DNA of 64,000 nucleotides from Candidatus Bathyarchaeota archaeon (GCA_963715865.1 OY970280.1:192001-256000), one strand, 5' to 3'; positions 9,531 to 21,174 are shown, counted from the first letter of the stretch. Translations and numbers: made by a program. Notes: generated by a model not told the origin, from the letters alone.

Positions 9531-9808
9531 CTTGATAATTAAAGCAAGAATTGTCAATAATGGAAATTAAAAGGTGCCATGCTAAGGTTCTAACTAATCC
9601 TTTTCTGTTTTACCCCAGCTTTCCCTGGCAAAGGTTGTCATTGCCCCGTGCCAGCCAACATAAGCTTGACCTCTTCAACCTCTGCTAAAGTCTACTTGAG
9701 AAGTTGCTGGTTATACTTCAAACGACCAATCTTATCGCTTTGGCTACGCTTCTTTTTGATGTTTTAAGCGGTTTTTTGACACAAAATGTAACTGGTTCAA
9801 GCCGCAGT

Positions 9809-10618
9809 CTACCTGCAATGGTTTTTCAGAGACGGCCAATCCGTTTTCTTAACAACAAGCTTGCCCTTCTGATTGCACAGTTTGATTAGGGATTTCTGGA
9901 CTAAAGGCACTTTTTCAGGTTCAATTTCAACTGCCAAATCGCCCCTTGCAACCATTAGTCCGCTAGCGGCATCTAAAATCTCTTCGACGTTTTGGACACC
10001 CTCAGAGTTCTCTATCTTGGCGATTATTCCACCTCCAAAACTATTGGTCTGAGACAAGTTTTTCAAGTCTCTTGCGTTTCGTGCGAAGGAAAGGGCAACG
10101 TATTCGATGTCTTGTTTTTTTGCAAACTTGATGATCTCCAAGTCTTTCTCTGTGAAAGTTGGAACGGAAAGATGCTTGTTAGGAATGTTAACTCCTTTTC
10201 CGTCTTCTATGACGCCGCCGTCCAAGGTTAGAAGCCGAAGTTTTCGATCTTTCTTTTCAACTACCCGTGTTCTAATTTTTCCATTGTCAATGTATACTTC
10301 GTCTTCAACATCCATTTCATCATAGAAATCATGATTGAAGCTGACTTCACCGTCGAAGCCTATTTCCAAAATGTCTCCTTTACTGAAGACCTTTTGTTGA
10401 GTTGCCCTGATTCTGATTTCTGGTCCTTTGATGTCAATTATTATTGGGATATCCGCAACTTCTCGCACTGTCTCTATAACAGATTGATATTGAGCGAGAT
10501 TTCCATAAGCGGTGTTTATCCTTACGCCGTTCATGCCCGCTTGGAACATTTTTTCAATCACTTGCTTTGAAGAGCTAGCTGGACCCACAGTGCATATGAT
10601 CTTTGTTTTCTTCAACAA
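9809..10618 (-). pseudogene. pyk: Pyruvate kinase, 3'-truncated
   Basis: KTKIICTVGPAS, DIKGPEIR, IIAKIEN and GLMVARGDLAVE motifs. Similarity stops at GKLVV (about 9851), before the TATQM motif; the C domain is missing. Confidence 0.85.
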
Positions 10619-10895
10619 AACATCTTCTCGTTGCCTCTATGATACGGCACATTCCAAGTTAAGGTTAACGGCGAGTTTTTGCGCTGCGCGCGAACTCGTA
10701 CTTTAAGAAACAGTTAGAGTAAACACTTCAAGGTTCTTAAATGGAAAGAATATTGCCAAATTCATACCCGCCATTCTCGTTGTGAGTTAATCTATCCTGC
10801 CTGATTCACTTTGAAAATGTAGCAGTGCCCTCACACTCACAACTTGTTATAAGGCTCTACGCCTATCGTTTTCTATTTCAGGTCGTGCCCATATT

Positions 10896-11255
10896 TTGTC
10901 CAAGACAGCCACAACTAAAAAGCAGCCTACAGAAAAACAAAAAAACCTAAACCTGCTCAATACTGTTACATTTGAAAATGGCTTTCATTTTTTCACAGAA
11001 CTCGGTAAATTCACTGGAATTACGGCAACTAGCACTGTAGAGTTTGCCGAAAAACTCCAAACAGCACCCATTCAATCCGTAACATTCCATTTTCAGCGTC
11101 AAGACTTTCAAAAATGGCTCAAAAACACAATTGGCGATGAAGAACTAGCTACAAGAATTAACCAAATTAAAGCAGGGTTCCAAGATGAAAATTTGAGGAA
11201 CGCGCTTTCTACAACGGTTCAAAATCGCATTGCCGAATTACAGCAACATCCCTAA
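10896..11255 (+). CDS. DUF5752-like small protein
   Basis: GFHFFT...FHFQRQDFQKWLKNTIGDEELA pattern. Confidence 0.65.
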   Translation: MSKTATTKKQPTEKQKNLNLLNTVTFENGFHFFTELGKFTGITATSTVEFAEKLQTAPIQSVTFHFQRQDFQKWLKNTIGDEELATRINQIKAGFQDENLRNALSTTVQNRIAELQQHP

Positions 11256-11340
11256 ACATTCTTCTGGATATCAAAAAAACAACATGCCCTTTCCCTTGAA
11301 AGTCAGATGCAATATATTCAACATTAGGTAAGTGGAAAAG

Positions 11341-12336
11341 ATGAAAATAGCGTTTTTCGAAGTAGAAGACTGGGAGGAAGAATACCTCAAAAAGAAGCTG
11401 AACGGTCACGTGCTTAAGTTCTCAACTGAAAAACTAAGTTTGGAAAAAACCTCAGAAATAAAAGATTTTGATGCTGTTTCAGTCTTCATCTACTCTAAAA
11501 TAGACGCGCAAATCATTCGTGAAATTCCAGATTTGAAATTAATAACCACAAGGTCCACCGGCTTTGACCATATCGATATAGAAACATGCAAGAAACAGGG
11601 GATCATAATCTGCAATGTTCCTTCATACGGGGAGAACACTGTTGCTGAGCACACGTTTGCTTTGATTTTGTCTTTGTCGAGAAACATGTGCAAGGCATGC
11701 ATTAGACGTTTTGAACAAGATTTCTCAATAGAGGGGTTAGAGGGGTTCGACTTAAAAGGAAAAACCATAGGTGTCATCGGAACAGGTCAAATCGGCTTGC
11801 ACGTCATAAGGATTGCAAAAGGCTTCGGCATGAACGTTGTAGCATATGACGTCCGCCCAAACAAACTCCTATCTGAGGTCTTAGGTTTTGAATATGTTAC
11901 GCTGGAGGACCTTTTAGCTATATCAGACGTAATTACGCTACACGTACCCTACATGAAAGCCACTCATCACCTCATGAACAAAGATACATTCAAACTTGTA
12001 AAGAAAGGCGCCATTCTGATAAACACTGCAAGAGGCAGCATCGTAGACACAGAAGCATTAATCGATGCCCTTGACAAGAAAATTTTGTCCGGCGCTGGAC
12101 TCGACGTCTTTGAAGGTGAAGAAGTTATAAAAGAGGAAAAACAACTTTTATACGACCCTAAAAATCTCGAAGTCTTAACCAGCCTAGTTAAGGATCACAT
12201 TCTGCTAAGCAAAAACAACGTCGTTTTTACTCCTCACATAGCTTTCTACAGCAAAGAAGCCCTAGAAAGAATACTTGAAACAACGGTAGAAAACATAGTT
12301 GCCTTCGTTTCGGGGAACCCACAGAATGTTGTTTGA
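11341..12336 (+). CDS. ldhA: D-2-hydroxyacid (D-lactate-type) dehydrogenase, NAD-dependent
   Basis: TRSTGFDHID, VAEHTFAL, IGTGQIG, LINTARG, GLDVFEGE and TPHIAFYS motifs. Confidence 0.85.
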   Translation: MKIAFFEVEDWEEEYLKKKLNGHVLKFSTEKLSLEKTSEIKDFDAVSVFIYSKIDAQIIREIPDLKLITTRSTGFDHIDIETCKKQGIIICNVPSYGENTVAEHTFALILSLSRNMCKACIRRFEQDFSIEGLEGFDLKGKTIGVIGTGQIGLHVIRIAKGFGMNVVAYDVRPNKLLSEVLGFEYVTLEDLLAISDVITLHVPYMKATHHLMNKDTFKLVKKGAILINTARGSIVDTEALIDALDKKILSGAGLDVFEGEEVIKEEKQLLYDPKNLEVLTSLVKDHILLSKNNVVFTPHIAFYSKEALERILETTVENIVAFVSGNPQNVV

Positions 12337-12467
12337 CCGTTTTAGAGTGACCAGCGCCTGTCCTCCATTGATTCAAGGAAAAAATGGTTATGAATAGCAT
12401 GCGGTTTGTCTAATCCCAAAATTCAAGTTAGAACCATTAGCTCATGTAAGTATGTCTCAACACATGT

Positions 12468-13040
12468 GTGGTAAATAAAATGGAACACGAAAATCACAAT
12501 ATGCATTCTGGAATGGAACATAAAATGCCTGACCAAACCATGCAGGGAATGAAACATGGATCCTCAGGACATATGATGCACACTGGAATGTTCAAAAAAA
12601 GATTTTTTATTTGCCTCGCGCTTACTATTCCAGTTCTGCTTTTTTCAGAAACCATTCAAACATGGTTTCATTTCACAATTACCACACCCTATCAAACGTG
12701 CATTCTTCTAGTTTTAGCCACAATCATTTACGTCTATGGCGGTTGGCCCTTCTTAAAAGGGCTAACGGAAGAACTGAGAAAGCTTCAGCCGGGAATGATG
12801 ACGCTTATAGGCACGGCAATATCGGTGGCTTTTTTCTTTTCAGCGGCAACCGTGTTTTTCCCTGTTGGAAACGACTTCTTCTGGGAACTCGCAACCCTAA
12901 TTGATGTAATGCCCACAGAGCGACAAATGAAACATATGCTTAAGAAGACAGGTTTTGGAAGAATACATGTAACGGATAAGCCTATACTTTACCTTTGTGT
13001 ATCTACCAAGCTTAAGGGTATGATAATTAAAGTTAGTTAG
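12468..13040 (+). pseudogene. CopB-like P1B ATPase N-terminal fragment fused to unrelated sequence
   Basis: His/Met-rich N-terminus, GGWPFLKG, PGMMTLI and FFWELATLIDVM. Similarity breaks at about 12911; no actuator, P or N domains. Confidence 0.8.
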
Positions 13041-14353
13041 GTAGCGGGCTTTATCTTTTGCTCTCTAAGTTCTTCAGCAGTGTACTCTCTAATTATGCCA
13101 TGGATGCCCTTGCTTATTATCCACGTAAAGACATAGGATAATACAAAAACTGTAACGAGAACTACTGGTATAGCAAGCAATTGCAGCCCAAGTTGATGCA
13201 CGGCTTGCATTCCACCACCAAATAATAGACCATTTGGTAGACCAGAGCCGCCTCCAAAAGAAGCGTATGAATACTGCGAAAAGAACGCAACCATAATAAA
13301 ACCAAATATACCACCAAGAAAGTGACCTGGAAAAAGACCAACTGGATCAGTAAACCATTTGGCTCTTTGAAATAATTTCTCGCCTAAAATGAATACAATT
13401 GAGCCTAATATTCCAAGAATTACTGCGCTACCTGGACCAACGTAACCGGCGACAGGAGTAATCACGATTAAACCGATGAGTATACCGTTTGCAGCATACA
13501 TTATACTAGGCATTTTTCTTATTTCAAGGTACTTGAAAAACATGGTAAATAAGAAGCCAGTTGAAGCAGCCAAGAAAGTGATCAAAACCACAATGTAGGA
13601 TTGGATATTTAGCGCTAATGTGCTTCCTGGATTGAAACCAAACCAGCCGAGCCAAAGCAGAAGAATTGACAAGGCTATCCATGGCGTGTTTGGCTTAGGC
13701 AGCACTTGTGGGCTTTCACGGAATCCTTTCTTTTTTTCCTCTTGCCAAACTCTTAAAACAATGGCTAAGCCTGCTGCCCCTGCAGCTCCATGAACAACCA
13801 ATCCGCCTGCAAAATCTCTTACGCCCATCACGTAGAGCCATCCTTGCGGGTTCCATATCCAAGCAGCTGGCAATGCCCAAATGAGGATGAAGTAGGGAAT
13901 TGAATAAAGAAAGAAAGCTTCCAGCTTCATTTTTCTTAAAAAAATTACGCCAACTAACGCAAGGGTTACTGTAGCGAAAGCTGTTTCAAAGAAAAAATAA
14001 GAAGGAAGAGTAACTAGATTGTCAAAATATTTAGGACCCATTGACCACCAAACTTGCGTAAATATATCCGCAGAATTGCTTTGGAAACCACCCATGAACG
14101 GGAAATTATAGAGTGGATTGCCCATTAAGCCCCCGCCGATTGTGGGTGCAAAGGCAACGCTAAAGCCGAGAAATGCCATGAAAAAGAAGCCTGAGCATGA
14201 TATCATAATGTTCTTCATTAAGGCTCTATTGGAACCTTTGCCAAGTTCTCCTCTCTCCAGTATTCCAACTGAAATGGTCATTAGGAAAACAAGGACGCCG
14301 CATATCAAAACCCAAAGGTTATTGAAGAGATTTTCTGCTGGAAGAGAAGACAT
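13037..14353 (-). CDS. amt: Ammonium transporter (Amt family)
   Basis: DFAGGLVVHGAAG, LWLGWFGFNPGS and ITPVAG motifs; twin-His pair retained (VVHG, PGHF). Confidence 0.92.
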   Translation of the reverse strand: MSSLPAENLFNNLWVLICGVLVFLMTISVGILERGELGKGSNRALMKNIMISCSGFFFMAFLGFSVAFAPTIGGGLMGNPLYNFPFMGGFQSNSADIFTQVWWSMGPKYFDNLVTLPSYFFFETAFATVTLALVGVIFLRKMKLEAFFLYSIPYFILIWALPAAWIWNPQGWLYVMGVRDFAGGLVVHGAAGAAGLAIVLRVWQEEKKKGFRESPQVLPKPNTPWIALSILLLWLGWFGFNPGSTLALNIQSYIVVLITFLAASTGFLFTMFFKYLEIRKMPSIMYAANGILIGLIVITPVAGYVGPGSAVILGILGSIVFILGEKLFQRAKWFTDPVGLFPGHFLGGIFGFIMVAFFSQYSYASFGGGSGLPNGLLFGGGMQAVHQLGLQLLAIPVVLVTVFVLSYVFTWIISKGIHGIIREYTAEELREQKIKPAT

Positions 14354-14384
14354 ATCGACATCACTCCACTAAGCTAATCAGGTA

Positions 14385-15533
14385 CTATAGTAGTACCATT
14401 GCAAAATGATTGATTAACGGCATAAGCACTGGAGCACCGCCACTTGCTAAAATAACTATTTGCGCTGGAGCTATTGAAGGAAAAACGTGTGCGCTCAACT
14501 CTATAAGCCAAGCAGTGAACACAAACGGTCCAGTTAAGGTTGGCAGATTGAAACGTCCTGTTATTGTTCCCATGAAAGCCGTCACTATAGTCGAGAAAGC
14601 CGTGGCGAAAAGCATGACTAAGAAGTTAATTGGTGCGCCATTGAAGGGACTTATTGGCCAGAGGAATCCAACAAAGACCCCCATGACGGCCAAGGCTGTT
14701 AAGGTTCCGTTAAAACCGTACAGCCCAATTAGGACAGAGGATCTATCAGCTTTGAAAGCAATCGCGGCTAAGGTTGCAGAAAGAGTACCTATGAATGCTG
14801 TGATTCCAGCAAAGTATATTGGATATTGCACTGGGAACCCATAAGGGTTTAATGGAATAGTGGCGACAGTTAATCCAATGAAAATTAAAACTCCTGTCTT
14901 CCAGTTTTCCTGAAAGAATACTTGAGCGATGCCTGTAAAGACCAATTTTACAAAGCCACCCGCTGTGAATTCACTTAATCGCAGGGGCTCTTTTTTCTCT
15001 GTGTCTTGAGGATTTTTAAGTAATGTGCTTCTTTGTTTTGGCGCAGGCGGAGGTCCAGCCAACTTCATGTTGGAAAACTTGTGAGCTGCAAACAGGAAAA
15101 TCCAAGTTGTTAGTACAAATGCTGAAGTTTCAACAGGAAGGCCAAAAATTTTAGTGAACCAAATTAACGAGGCAGTAATAAAACCAGTTATAAGAGCGCC
15201 TATAACGGCTGCGGTTGTTGCTGATCTTCCTTTCTCAAGGAATGTATCGCCTAAGGCAATAGCCGTTAAAACCGAGTTAAACCCAAATATTCCATAAGTT
15301 AGCGCATTGTCAGGCGAAGACAAAGAAACTGGAACCAACTCTATGCCTAGAGCTAAACCAACCAAACTACCTGCTATTGACCCAATGACAGCAAAGGCAG
15401 CCGCCCTTTTTGAGTTAATAGCAAGAGCAATTACAAAGATAATTCCAACTAAAGGTGAACCCATAAAGAAAACTTGCGCAACTCCATTAAGAATAAAATT
15501 TATGGTTCCTGAAATTGGATCCAAAAAAATCAC
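14385..15533 (-). CDS. Urea transporter (UT family)
   Basis: Two homologous halves, GVAQVFF/GIAQVFF and GFNSVL/GFNGTL, with LP..T..F motifs; divergent from the urease operon. Confidence 0.85.
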   Translation of the reverse strand: MIFLDPISGTINFILNGVAQVFFMGSPLVGIIFVIALAINSKRAAAFAVIGSIAGSLVGLALGIELVPVSLSSPDNALTYGIFGFNSVLTAIALGDTFLEKGRSATTAAVIGALITGFITASLIWFTKIFGLPVETSAFVLTTWIFLFAAHKFSNMKLAGPPPAPKQRSTLLKNPQDTEKKEPLRLSEFTAGGFVKLVFTGIAQVFFQENWKTGVLIFIGLTVATIPLNPYGFPVQYPIYFAGITAFIGTLSATLAAIAFKADRSSVLIGLYGFNGTLTALAVMGVFVGFLWPISPFNGAPINFLVMLFATAFSTIVTAFMGTITGRFNLPTLTGPFVFTAWLIELSAHVFPSIAPAQIVILASGGAPVLMPLINHFAMVLL

Positions 15534-15653
15534 TCACTAGAAAAAATTGTGGCAAGCAAGTTTATAGTTTTGTTGTTGTCTTTGCACAACAACATAGTTT
15601 TAAACCTCTTTCTGAAAATTTGTCTAGTGCTGTTTTTAAATAGGGTGAAAAAA

Positions 15654-15977
15654 ATGAAGTTAGTAGCGCGTGAAGTAGAAAAAATGATGATTTTCACTGC
15701 TGCACAAATGGCTGAGAGAAGACGTAAAGACGGGCTAAAACTGAATTATCCTGAATCGGTTGCAATCATAGCTGATTTTGTTCAAGAAGGAGCTAGAAGA
15801 GGCGTAATGGTAGCTAAAATAGCCAAAGATGCTAGGCATGTTTTGACGATGGATGACGTGATGCCCAACGTAGCGGATATGATAACTTTGGTGCAGGTAG
15901 AGGCAACATTTCCAGACGGAACCAAACTAGTAAGCGTACATAACCCAATCCAACCAAAGGAGGAAGACAAAAAATGA
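15654..15977 (+). CDS. ureA: Urease gamma subunit
   Basis: [10 protein letters not shown]...GLKLNYPE...[18 protein letters not shown]. The true start is ATG 15654; the ORF-track start 15549 is overextended. Confidence 0.95.
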   Translation: MKLVAREVEKMMIFTAAQMAERRRKDGLKLNYPESVAIIADFVQEGARRGVMVAKIAKDARHVLTMDDVMPNVADMITLVQVEATFPDGTKLVSVHNPIQPKEEDKK

Positions 15978-16351
15978 CCCCAAACACAGTAGGCCAAATA
16001 ACCCTTGGACAAGGAGACATAGAGGCATTCCAAAATAGAAAATCAATTAAATTGAAAGTAAAAAATACTGGTGACAGGGGAATCCAAGTAGGTTCGCACT
16101 TCCACTTTTTTGAGGCGAACAGGGCATTAGAATTCGAGAGAGAAAAGGCATATGGCATGAAACTCGCCATTCCATCAGGCACGAGCGTAAGATTTGAACC
16201 AGGCCAAGAAAAAGAAGTCACGCTTGTCGAATACGGAGGCAAAAAATACGTTCATGGATTCAACAACCTCGTCGACGGTAGCGTACGGACCATATACCGA
16301 AAAGATATGGCACTTAGAAAAGCCAAGGAACTAAAATTCAAAGGAGCGTGA
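15974..16351 (+). CDS. ureB: Urease beta subunit
   Basis: [19 protein letters not shown]...[13 protein letters not shown]. Confidence 0.95.
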   Translation: MTPNTVGQITLGQGDIEAFQNRKSIKLKVKNTGDRGIQVGSHFHFFEANRALEFEREKAYGMKLAIPSGTSVRFEPGQEKEVTLVEYGGKKYVHGFNNLVDGSVRTIYRKDMALRKAKELKFKGA

Positions 16352-18072
16352 AAAAAATGAAAATTCCAAGAAAACAATATTTAGACTTGTATGGCCCCAC
16401 AAAAGGCGATAAAATCCAATTAGCAGACACAAACTTGGTCATTGAAGTAGAAAAGGATTGTACGTCTTTCGGCGATGAGTTGGTCTTCGGCGGTGGAAAG
16501 AGCGCTAGACAAGGAATGGGTTTATCGGATGGCACCACACAGGCAGATGGAGCTCTTGACCATGTTATCACCAACGTTGTAGTGTTGGATGCAATATTGG
16601 GTGTTGTAAAAGCTGACATAGGCATTAGAAACGGGATTATCGCTGGAATTGGAAAGTCTGGAAATCCAAACACGATGGATAACGTCACTGAAAACTTGGT
16701 GGTAAGTAACTCCACCGAAATAACCGCTGGAGAAGGACTGATAGCTACCGCTGGCTTCTTTGATACACATGTACACATGATATCTCCACAGCAAGTATTC
16801 CATGCCATAGGAAACGGCATTACAACATACGTTGGTGGAGGCACAGGACCTGCCGACGGAACAAACGCGACCACCTGCACACCAGGACCTTGGAACATGA
16901 GAAAAATGATTGAAGCAATTGAAGGATTACCCATCAACTGGCTAATCTTGGGTAAAGCTAACGATAGCAGAAAAGAAACGTTAGTTGAAGAACTTGCCGC
17001 AGGCGCTGGAGGATTTAAAATGCATGAAGACTGGGGCGCGACTAGGGCATCTTTGGACACCGGTTTAAGTGTTGCAGACGAATATGACGTTCAAATAGCG
17101 ATACACACGGATTCACTCAACGAGGGAGGCTATGTTGACGATACTATAGACGCGATAGATGGAAGGACTGTACACACCTATCATACAGAAGGCGCAGGAG
17201 GAGGACATGCTCCAGATATAATGAAAATAGCTGGAGAACCAAACGCATTACCATCCTCAACAAACCCAACAAGACCATACACCGTCAATACCATAGATGA
17301 ACATCTCGACATGGTCATGGTAACCCACCACCTTAACCCAAAAGTTCCAGAAGACGTCGCCTTTGCCGAATCAAGAATCAGAGCCGAAACCATAGCCGCG
17401 GAAGATGTATTCCATGATTGGGGCATTCTTAGCATGTATTCAGCTGATAGCCAAGCAATGGGCAGAACAGGAGAAGTTTCAACCAGATGCTGGCAGACTG
17501 CACACAAAATGAAAGCACAGTTTGGCAAACTACCTGAAGACGCCCCCGGAAATGACAACTTTAGAGTTTTGAGATACTTAGCCAAGCTTAACATAAATCC
17601 AGCAATAACCAACGGCGTTTCCGATTACGTAGGCAGTCTTGAAAAAGGAAAAATGGCTGACATAGTACTATGGGACCCAAGATTCTTTGGGGCAAAGCCA
17701 AACATAGTTTTCAAGGGAGGCTTCATAGCCTACGCAATGATGGGCGACCCCAATGCTTCAGTTCCACCAGTCGAGCCGATATTTTTCAGACCAATGTTTG
17801 GGGGATTCGGTTTAGCAAGATTGACAACATCGGCACTATTCACATCAAAATTAGCAATTGAAAATGGCATCAAAGAGAAATACGGCATACAACGCCAAGT
17901 TCTACCGGTACACAACGTCAGAAACTTAGGCAAACAGCACATGATACGGAATAGCACACTCGGCGAAATAAAGATTGATCCTGAAACCTACAAGGTCACT
18001 TTCAACGGTAAGATGGTAACGTGTGAACCTGCAAAGGAATTGCCATTAACTCAGCTCTATCATCTAGTATAG
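16348..18072 (+). CDS. ureC: Urease alpha subunit
   Basis: [41 protein letters not shown] and DSQAMGR motifs. All Ni ligands are present. Confidence 0.97.
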   Translation: MKKMKIPRKQYLDLYGPTKGDKIQLADTNLVIEVEKDCTSFGDELVFGGGKSARQGMGLSDGTTQADGALDHVITNVVVLDAILGVVKADIGIRNGIIAGIGKSGNPNTMDNVTENLVVSNSTEITAGEGLIATAGFFDTHVHMISPQQVFHAIGNGITTYVGGGTGPADGTNATTCTPGPWNMRKMIEAIEGLPINWLILGKANDSRKETLVEELAAGAGGFKMHEDWGATRASLDTGLSVADEYDVQIAIHTDSLNEGGYVDDTIDAIDGRTVHTYHTEGAGGGHAPDIMKIAGEPNALPSSTNPTRPYTVNTIDEHLDMVMVTHHLNPKVPEDVAFAESRIRAETIAAEDVFHDWGILSMYSADSQAMGRTGEVSTRCWQTAHKMKAQFGKLPEDAPGNDNFRVLRYLAKLNINPAITNGVSDYVGSLEKGKMADIVLWDPRFFGAKPNIVFKGGFIAYAMMGDPNASVPPVEPIFFRPMFGGFGLARLTTSALFTSKLAIENGIKEKYGIQRQVLPVHNVRNLGKQHMIRNSTLGEIKIDPETYKVTFNGKMVTCEPAKELPLTQLYHLV

Positions 18073-18109
18073 ATGCTGAGTCTTCCATCCTTTTTTTGGA
18101 GCGCTTGAT

Positions 18110-18442
18110 TTGATTAGACATTTTACATTAATTTCTAATGTGAAAAACGGAGAGGTAATTGACCCCAAAAAAGTTAAGCATGGAGAAGTTACCGCTCTTA
18201 AAATTTCAAATCTTTCCGGTTGGATTGATCAACAAACCCATTTAAATTTAGATTTTCCCAAACATCTGATGCGAGAAGTGTACATAGCAGAGAACTTAGA
18301 CATCGGCAGCAAGGTAATACTTGAGGACGAAAGGTTTATGACAGCTCTTGTGAATCCTCTAGCATACAAGCATTTTGGCTTTGTTGATGAAGCCGAAAGA
18401 GCAGAACAGCTTAAAGAAGCTATTTTGAATAAAGGTAAATAA
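18110..18442 (+). CDS. Hypothetical protein inside the urease operon
   Basis: 110-aa ORF filling the ureC-ureE gap on the same strand with short spacers. Confidence 0.6.
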   Translation: MIRHFTLISNVKNGEVIDPKKVKHGEVTALKISNLSGWIDQQTHLNLDFPKHLMREVYIAENLDIGSKVILEDERFMTALVNPLAYKHFGFVDEAERAEQLKEAILNKGK

Positions 18443-18457
18443 AAAGAGACGGCTATT

Positions 18458-18937
18458 ATGATTCTTTTCGAAAAATTAGCAAGTCAAATCAACGTCGAAA
18501 AGACTAAAGAAGTCACAACTAATAGGCAAGATGCAATGAGAGGTAGAGTAAGAACTAAGTTAAGCGACGGAGAAGACCTAATAATTAATTTACCGAGAGG
18601 CCAATCTATAGGGCAAGGTGACATTTTCGGGCCTTCAGAAAAAGGAGACTATTATAAAATATTGATCGAACCTGAACTTGTAATAAAGGTGACTTTAGAC
18701 GAAACACAAAGCAATAATCTTCTAGAAAAAGCAGTAAAATTAGGTTACAATTTAGGTAATCGGCATCTTGAGGTTTTGATAGAAGATGACGCTGTATTTG
18801 TTCCAGTTACGATAGGAGAAGTAAAGGTCAGGAAAATACTGGAATCCATGAAGTTGCCAATTAGCTTCGAATCGGTTCAAAAGGTAATATCAACATCGTC
18901 AGCAGGATATCATCCAGGAGAACTGGAAGAGGAATAA
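18458..18937 (+). CDS. ureE: Urease accessory protein UreE
   Basis: RGRVRTKLSDGEDLIINLPRG and GYNLGNRH (Ni-binding His). No His-rich tail. Confidence 0.85.
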   Translation: MILFEKLASQINVEKTKEVTTNRQDAMRGRVRTKLSDGEDLIINLPRGQSIGQGDIFGPSEKGDYYKILIEPELVIKVTLDETQSNNLLEKAVKLGYNLGNRHLEVLIEDDAVFVPVTIGEVKVRKILESMKLPISFESVQKVISTSSAGYHPGELEEE

Positions 18938-18939
18938 TT

Positions 18940-19608
18940 TTGACTGAAAACGAGAAAATTTTAAATCTACTAAGAATGTCTGATTCATTTTTCCCGATGG
19001 GCTCATTCACCATGTCACAAGGCATGGAACAGATAATAAATGACAATTTGTTACCTAAAGAAAAAGTTGCCAAAACTATAAACATTTACATGGATAAGGT
19101 TTGGAAAACATTCGACCTTGGCATTTTCTACAAAGCGCTAGAAGCAGTCGAAAAGGGAGATATTGAATTACTAAAAAAAATCGATAAAATTTGTTATTGT
19201 TCTAAAGTTACTGAAGAAAATAGGTCAGCCATCGTTAAGATGGGAAGAGGCATGATGAACGCGACGGAATTTAATGATGATTCGATAGGAAAAGCCTACA
19301 AAGACCTAATCAAGGCTGATGCGGCTTATGGAACATACCCAGTTGTTTTAGCGCTTGCTTCAATTCAGTTTAGCTATAAAGATTTAGGTGGTTTATCGCT
19401 TTTGTACGTTAACCTGATGGAAGTCACTGCTTCTTTAGTGAGAATGGGCATAATCGATTACATAGAAGCCCAAAAGATTCTGAGTAACGCTGTAACATCA
19501 ATTCAGGTAAAGCCTCTAAAGTTAACTGATTTACACCAATCTTTTCCATTAGCTGACATCGCCTCGATGAGGCACGAGTTAAGTCCGAGCAGAATGTTCA
19601 TGAGTTAA
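18940..19608 (+). CDS. ureF: Urease accessory protein UreF
   Basis: LRMSDSFFPMGSFTMSQGME N-terminus; C-terminal SMRHELSPSRMFMS. Confidence 0.9.
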   Translation: MTENEKILNLLRMSDSFFPMGSFTMSQGMEQIINDNLLPKEKVAKTINIYMDKVWKTFDLGIFYKALEAVEKGDIELLKKIDKICYCSKVTEENRSAIVKMGRGMMNATEFNDDSIGKAYKDLIKADAAYGTYPVVLALASIQFSYKDLGGLSLLYVNLMEVTASLVRMGIIDYIEAQKILSNAVTSIQVKPLKLTDLHQSFPLADIASMRHELSPSRMFMS

Positions 19609-19624
19609 AAAAGGAGACTATGAA

Positions 19625-20269
19625 ATGAGTAGAACCGTTAGAATTGGAATAGGCGGCGCAATAGGCTGCGGAAAAACCCAACTAATTGAGAAACTAGTCC
19701 CAAAGCTAGTTGAGCAAGGCTTCAAGGTTGGAGCAATATCAAACGATGTTTACTCCAAAGAAGACGCTCGACGACTTGCAGCAAGACTTGGCAAAAACAT
19801 AGATCCAAATCTCATTGTAGGAATAGAAACAGGAGGATGCCCACATACTGCCGTGAGAGATGACCCTTCAATGAACATTGACGCAGCCGAGCATCTGGAG
19901 AAAGAAAATCCAGGCTTAGATCTCATCTTAATAGAATCTGGCGGAGACAACATAACCCTAACTTTTAGTCCAAAATTGGCAGACTTCTTCATCTATATGG
20001 TAGACGTTGCGGGAGGAGACAAAACGATAAGGAAAGGGGGGTTAGGAATTAAAAAAGCCGATTTATTATTGATCAACAAAATAGACTTGGCTCCTTACGT
20101 TGAATCTACGATCCTAGAATCAGGCGTGAAGACAGCCAACCTTGACCTTATGATGCAAGATGCAAAGAAACTAAGAGGCGACAAACCCACTGTCTTGCTG
20201 TCTCTAAAAGATGGGACAGGAGTAGATGAAGTGGTAAAAATAATAAGAGAAAAGGCGCTGTTCAAATGA
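19625..20269 (+). CDS. ureG: Urease accessory GTPase UreG
   Basis: P-loop GAIGCGKT, ETGGCPHTAVRDD, ESGGDN and NKIDL motifs. Confidence 0.95.
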   Translation: MSRTVRIGIGGAIGCGKTQLIEKLVPKLVEQGFKVGAISNDVYSKEDARRLAARLGKNIDPNLIVGIETGGCPHTAVRDDPSMNIDAAEHLEKENPGLDLILIESGGDNITLTFSPKLADFFIYMVDVAGGDKTIRKGGLGIKKADLLLINKIDLAPYVESTILESGVKTANLDLMMQDAKKLRGDKPTVLLSLKDGTGVDEVVKIIREKALFK

Positions 20270-21174
20270 CTCAGGACGTCGTTCAAGACTTGATTCAAGA
20301 TTTAAGCGGTTTACCATCAGCTTTCGCGGATTATGAAGCAGAACAAACAAGACTTGCCGTTGGGTCTCCAGGCAAAAATGCTGTTGCTGACTTGACATTC
20401 ACGAAATTTGGCGATAAAACATATCTTACTGATATTTATAATGAACTCCCAGCAAAAATTCTCAGAGAACTCTATTATGATCCCTACCTGCCGGGTTTGC
20501 CATACATTCTTTTCATGAATCCAACCGGTGGAATAGTGCAAGGAGACCGTTATTTTTACAAAATACAATTAAAAGAAGGCGCAGAAGCATTCATCACCGA
20601 TACAACGGCCACAAAAGTATACAAAATGGATTTGAACTATGCCAGCAAACAAGTAGACGTTTATCTTGGAAAAAACAGTCGATTGGAGTTTCTGCCAAGG
20701 GAAACTATGGTATTTGTTGATTCCAGATGGTATCAAAGAGTAACGTTTCATGTTAACGATGGGTCAAAACTTTTGTATTGTGAAATATTCTGTCCTGGTA
20801 GAGTAGCCAGGGGAGAATTTTGGGACTTTGAAATTTATTCTTCAAAGGTAGTTATTCAAGAGGACAAAAAGCTCATGCTTAATGAAAGCACAACGTTCAC
20901 AAAGCAGGACAAAGATTTACTCGACGTTATATTCGGTGATAACAAGTTTTACCTGAAAGCATACTGGTACTCCGACAACGCTGTTAACACCAAGAAAGAA
21001 ATTGATTTTCGAAATACTTATGGCGGGGCTACACAAATGGCCAATAATAGGGGTCTCATCATTAAGGCGCTTTCAAACGATTTAAATGACCTACAGCAAC
21101 TTCAAGGTGAAATCTGGAAAATTTTCCGAAAAACCGAGACAGGGATGGAAGTTCCCTTACTTCGGATGTATTGA
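20266..21174 (+). CDS. ureD: Urease accessory protein UreD
   Basis: FMNPTGGIVQGDRY, ATKVYKM, LEFLPRETM and PGRVARGE motifs. Confidence 0.9.
   Translation: MTQDVVQDLIQDLSGLPSAFADYEAEQTRLAVGSPGKNAVADLTFTKFGDKTYLTDIYNELPAKILRELYYDPYLPGLPYILFMNPTGGIVQGDRYFYKIQLKEGAEAFITDTTATKVYKMDLNYASKQVDVYLGKNSRLEFLPRETMVFVDSRWYQRVTFHVNDGSKLLYCEIFCPGRVARGEFWDFEIYSSKVVIQEDKKLMLNESTTFTKQDKDLLDVIFGDNKFYLKAYWYSDNAVNTKKEIDFRNTYGGATQMANNRGLIIKALSNDLNDLQQLQGEIWKIFRKTETGMEVPLLRMY

Noticed and set aside
15549-15653. N-terminal extension of UreA
   Set aside because: An in-frame AT-rich promoter region; the canonical UreA N-terminus starts at ATG 15654 after a GGGTGA RBS-like sequence.
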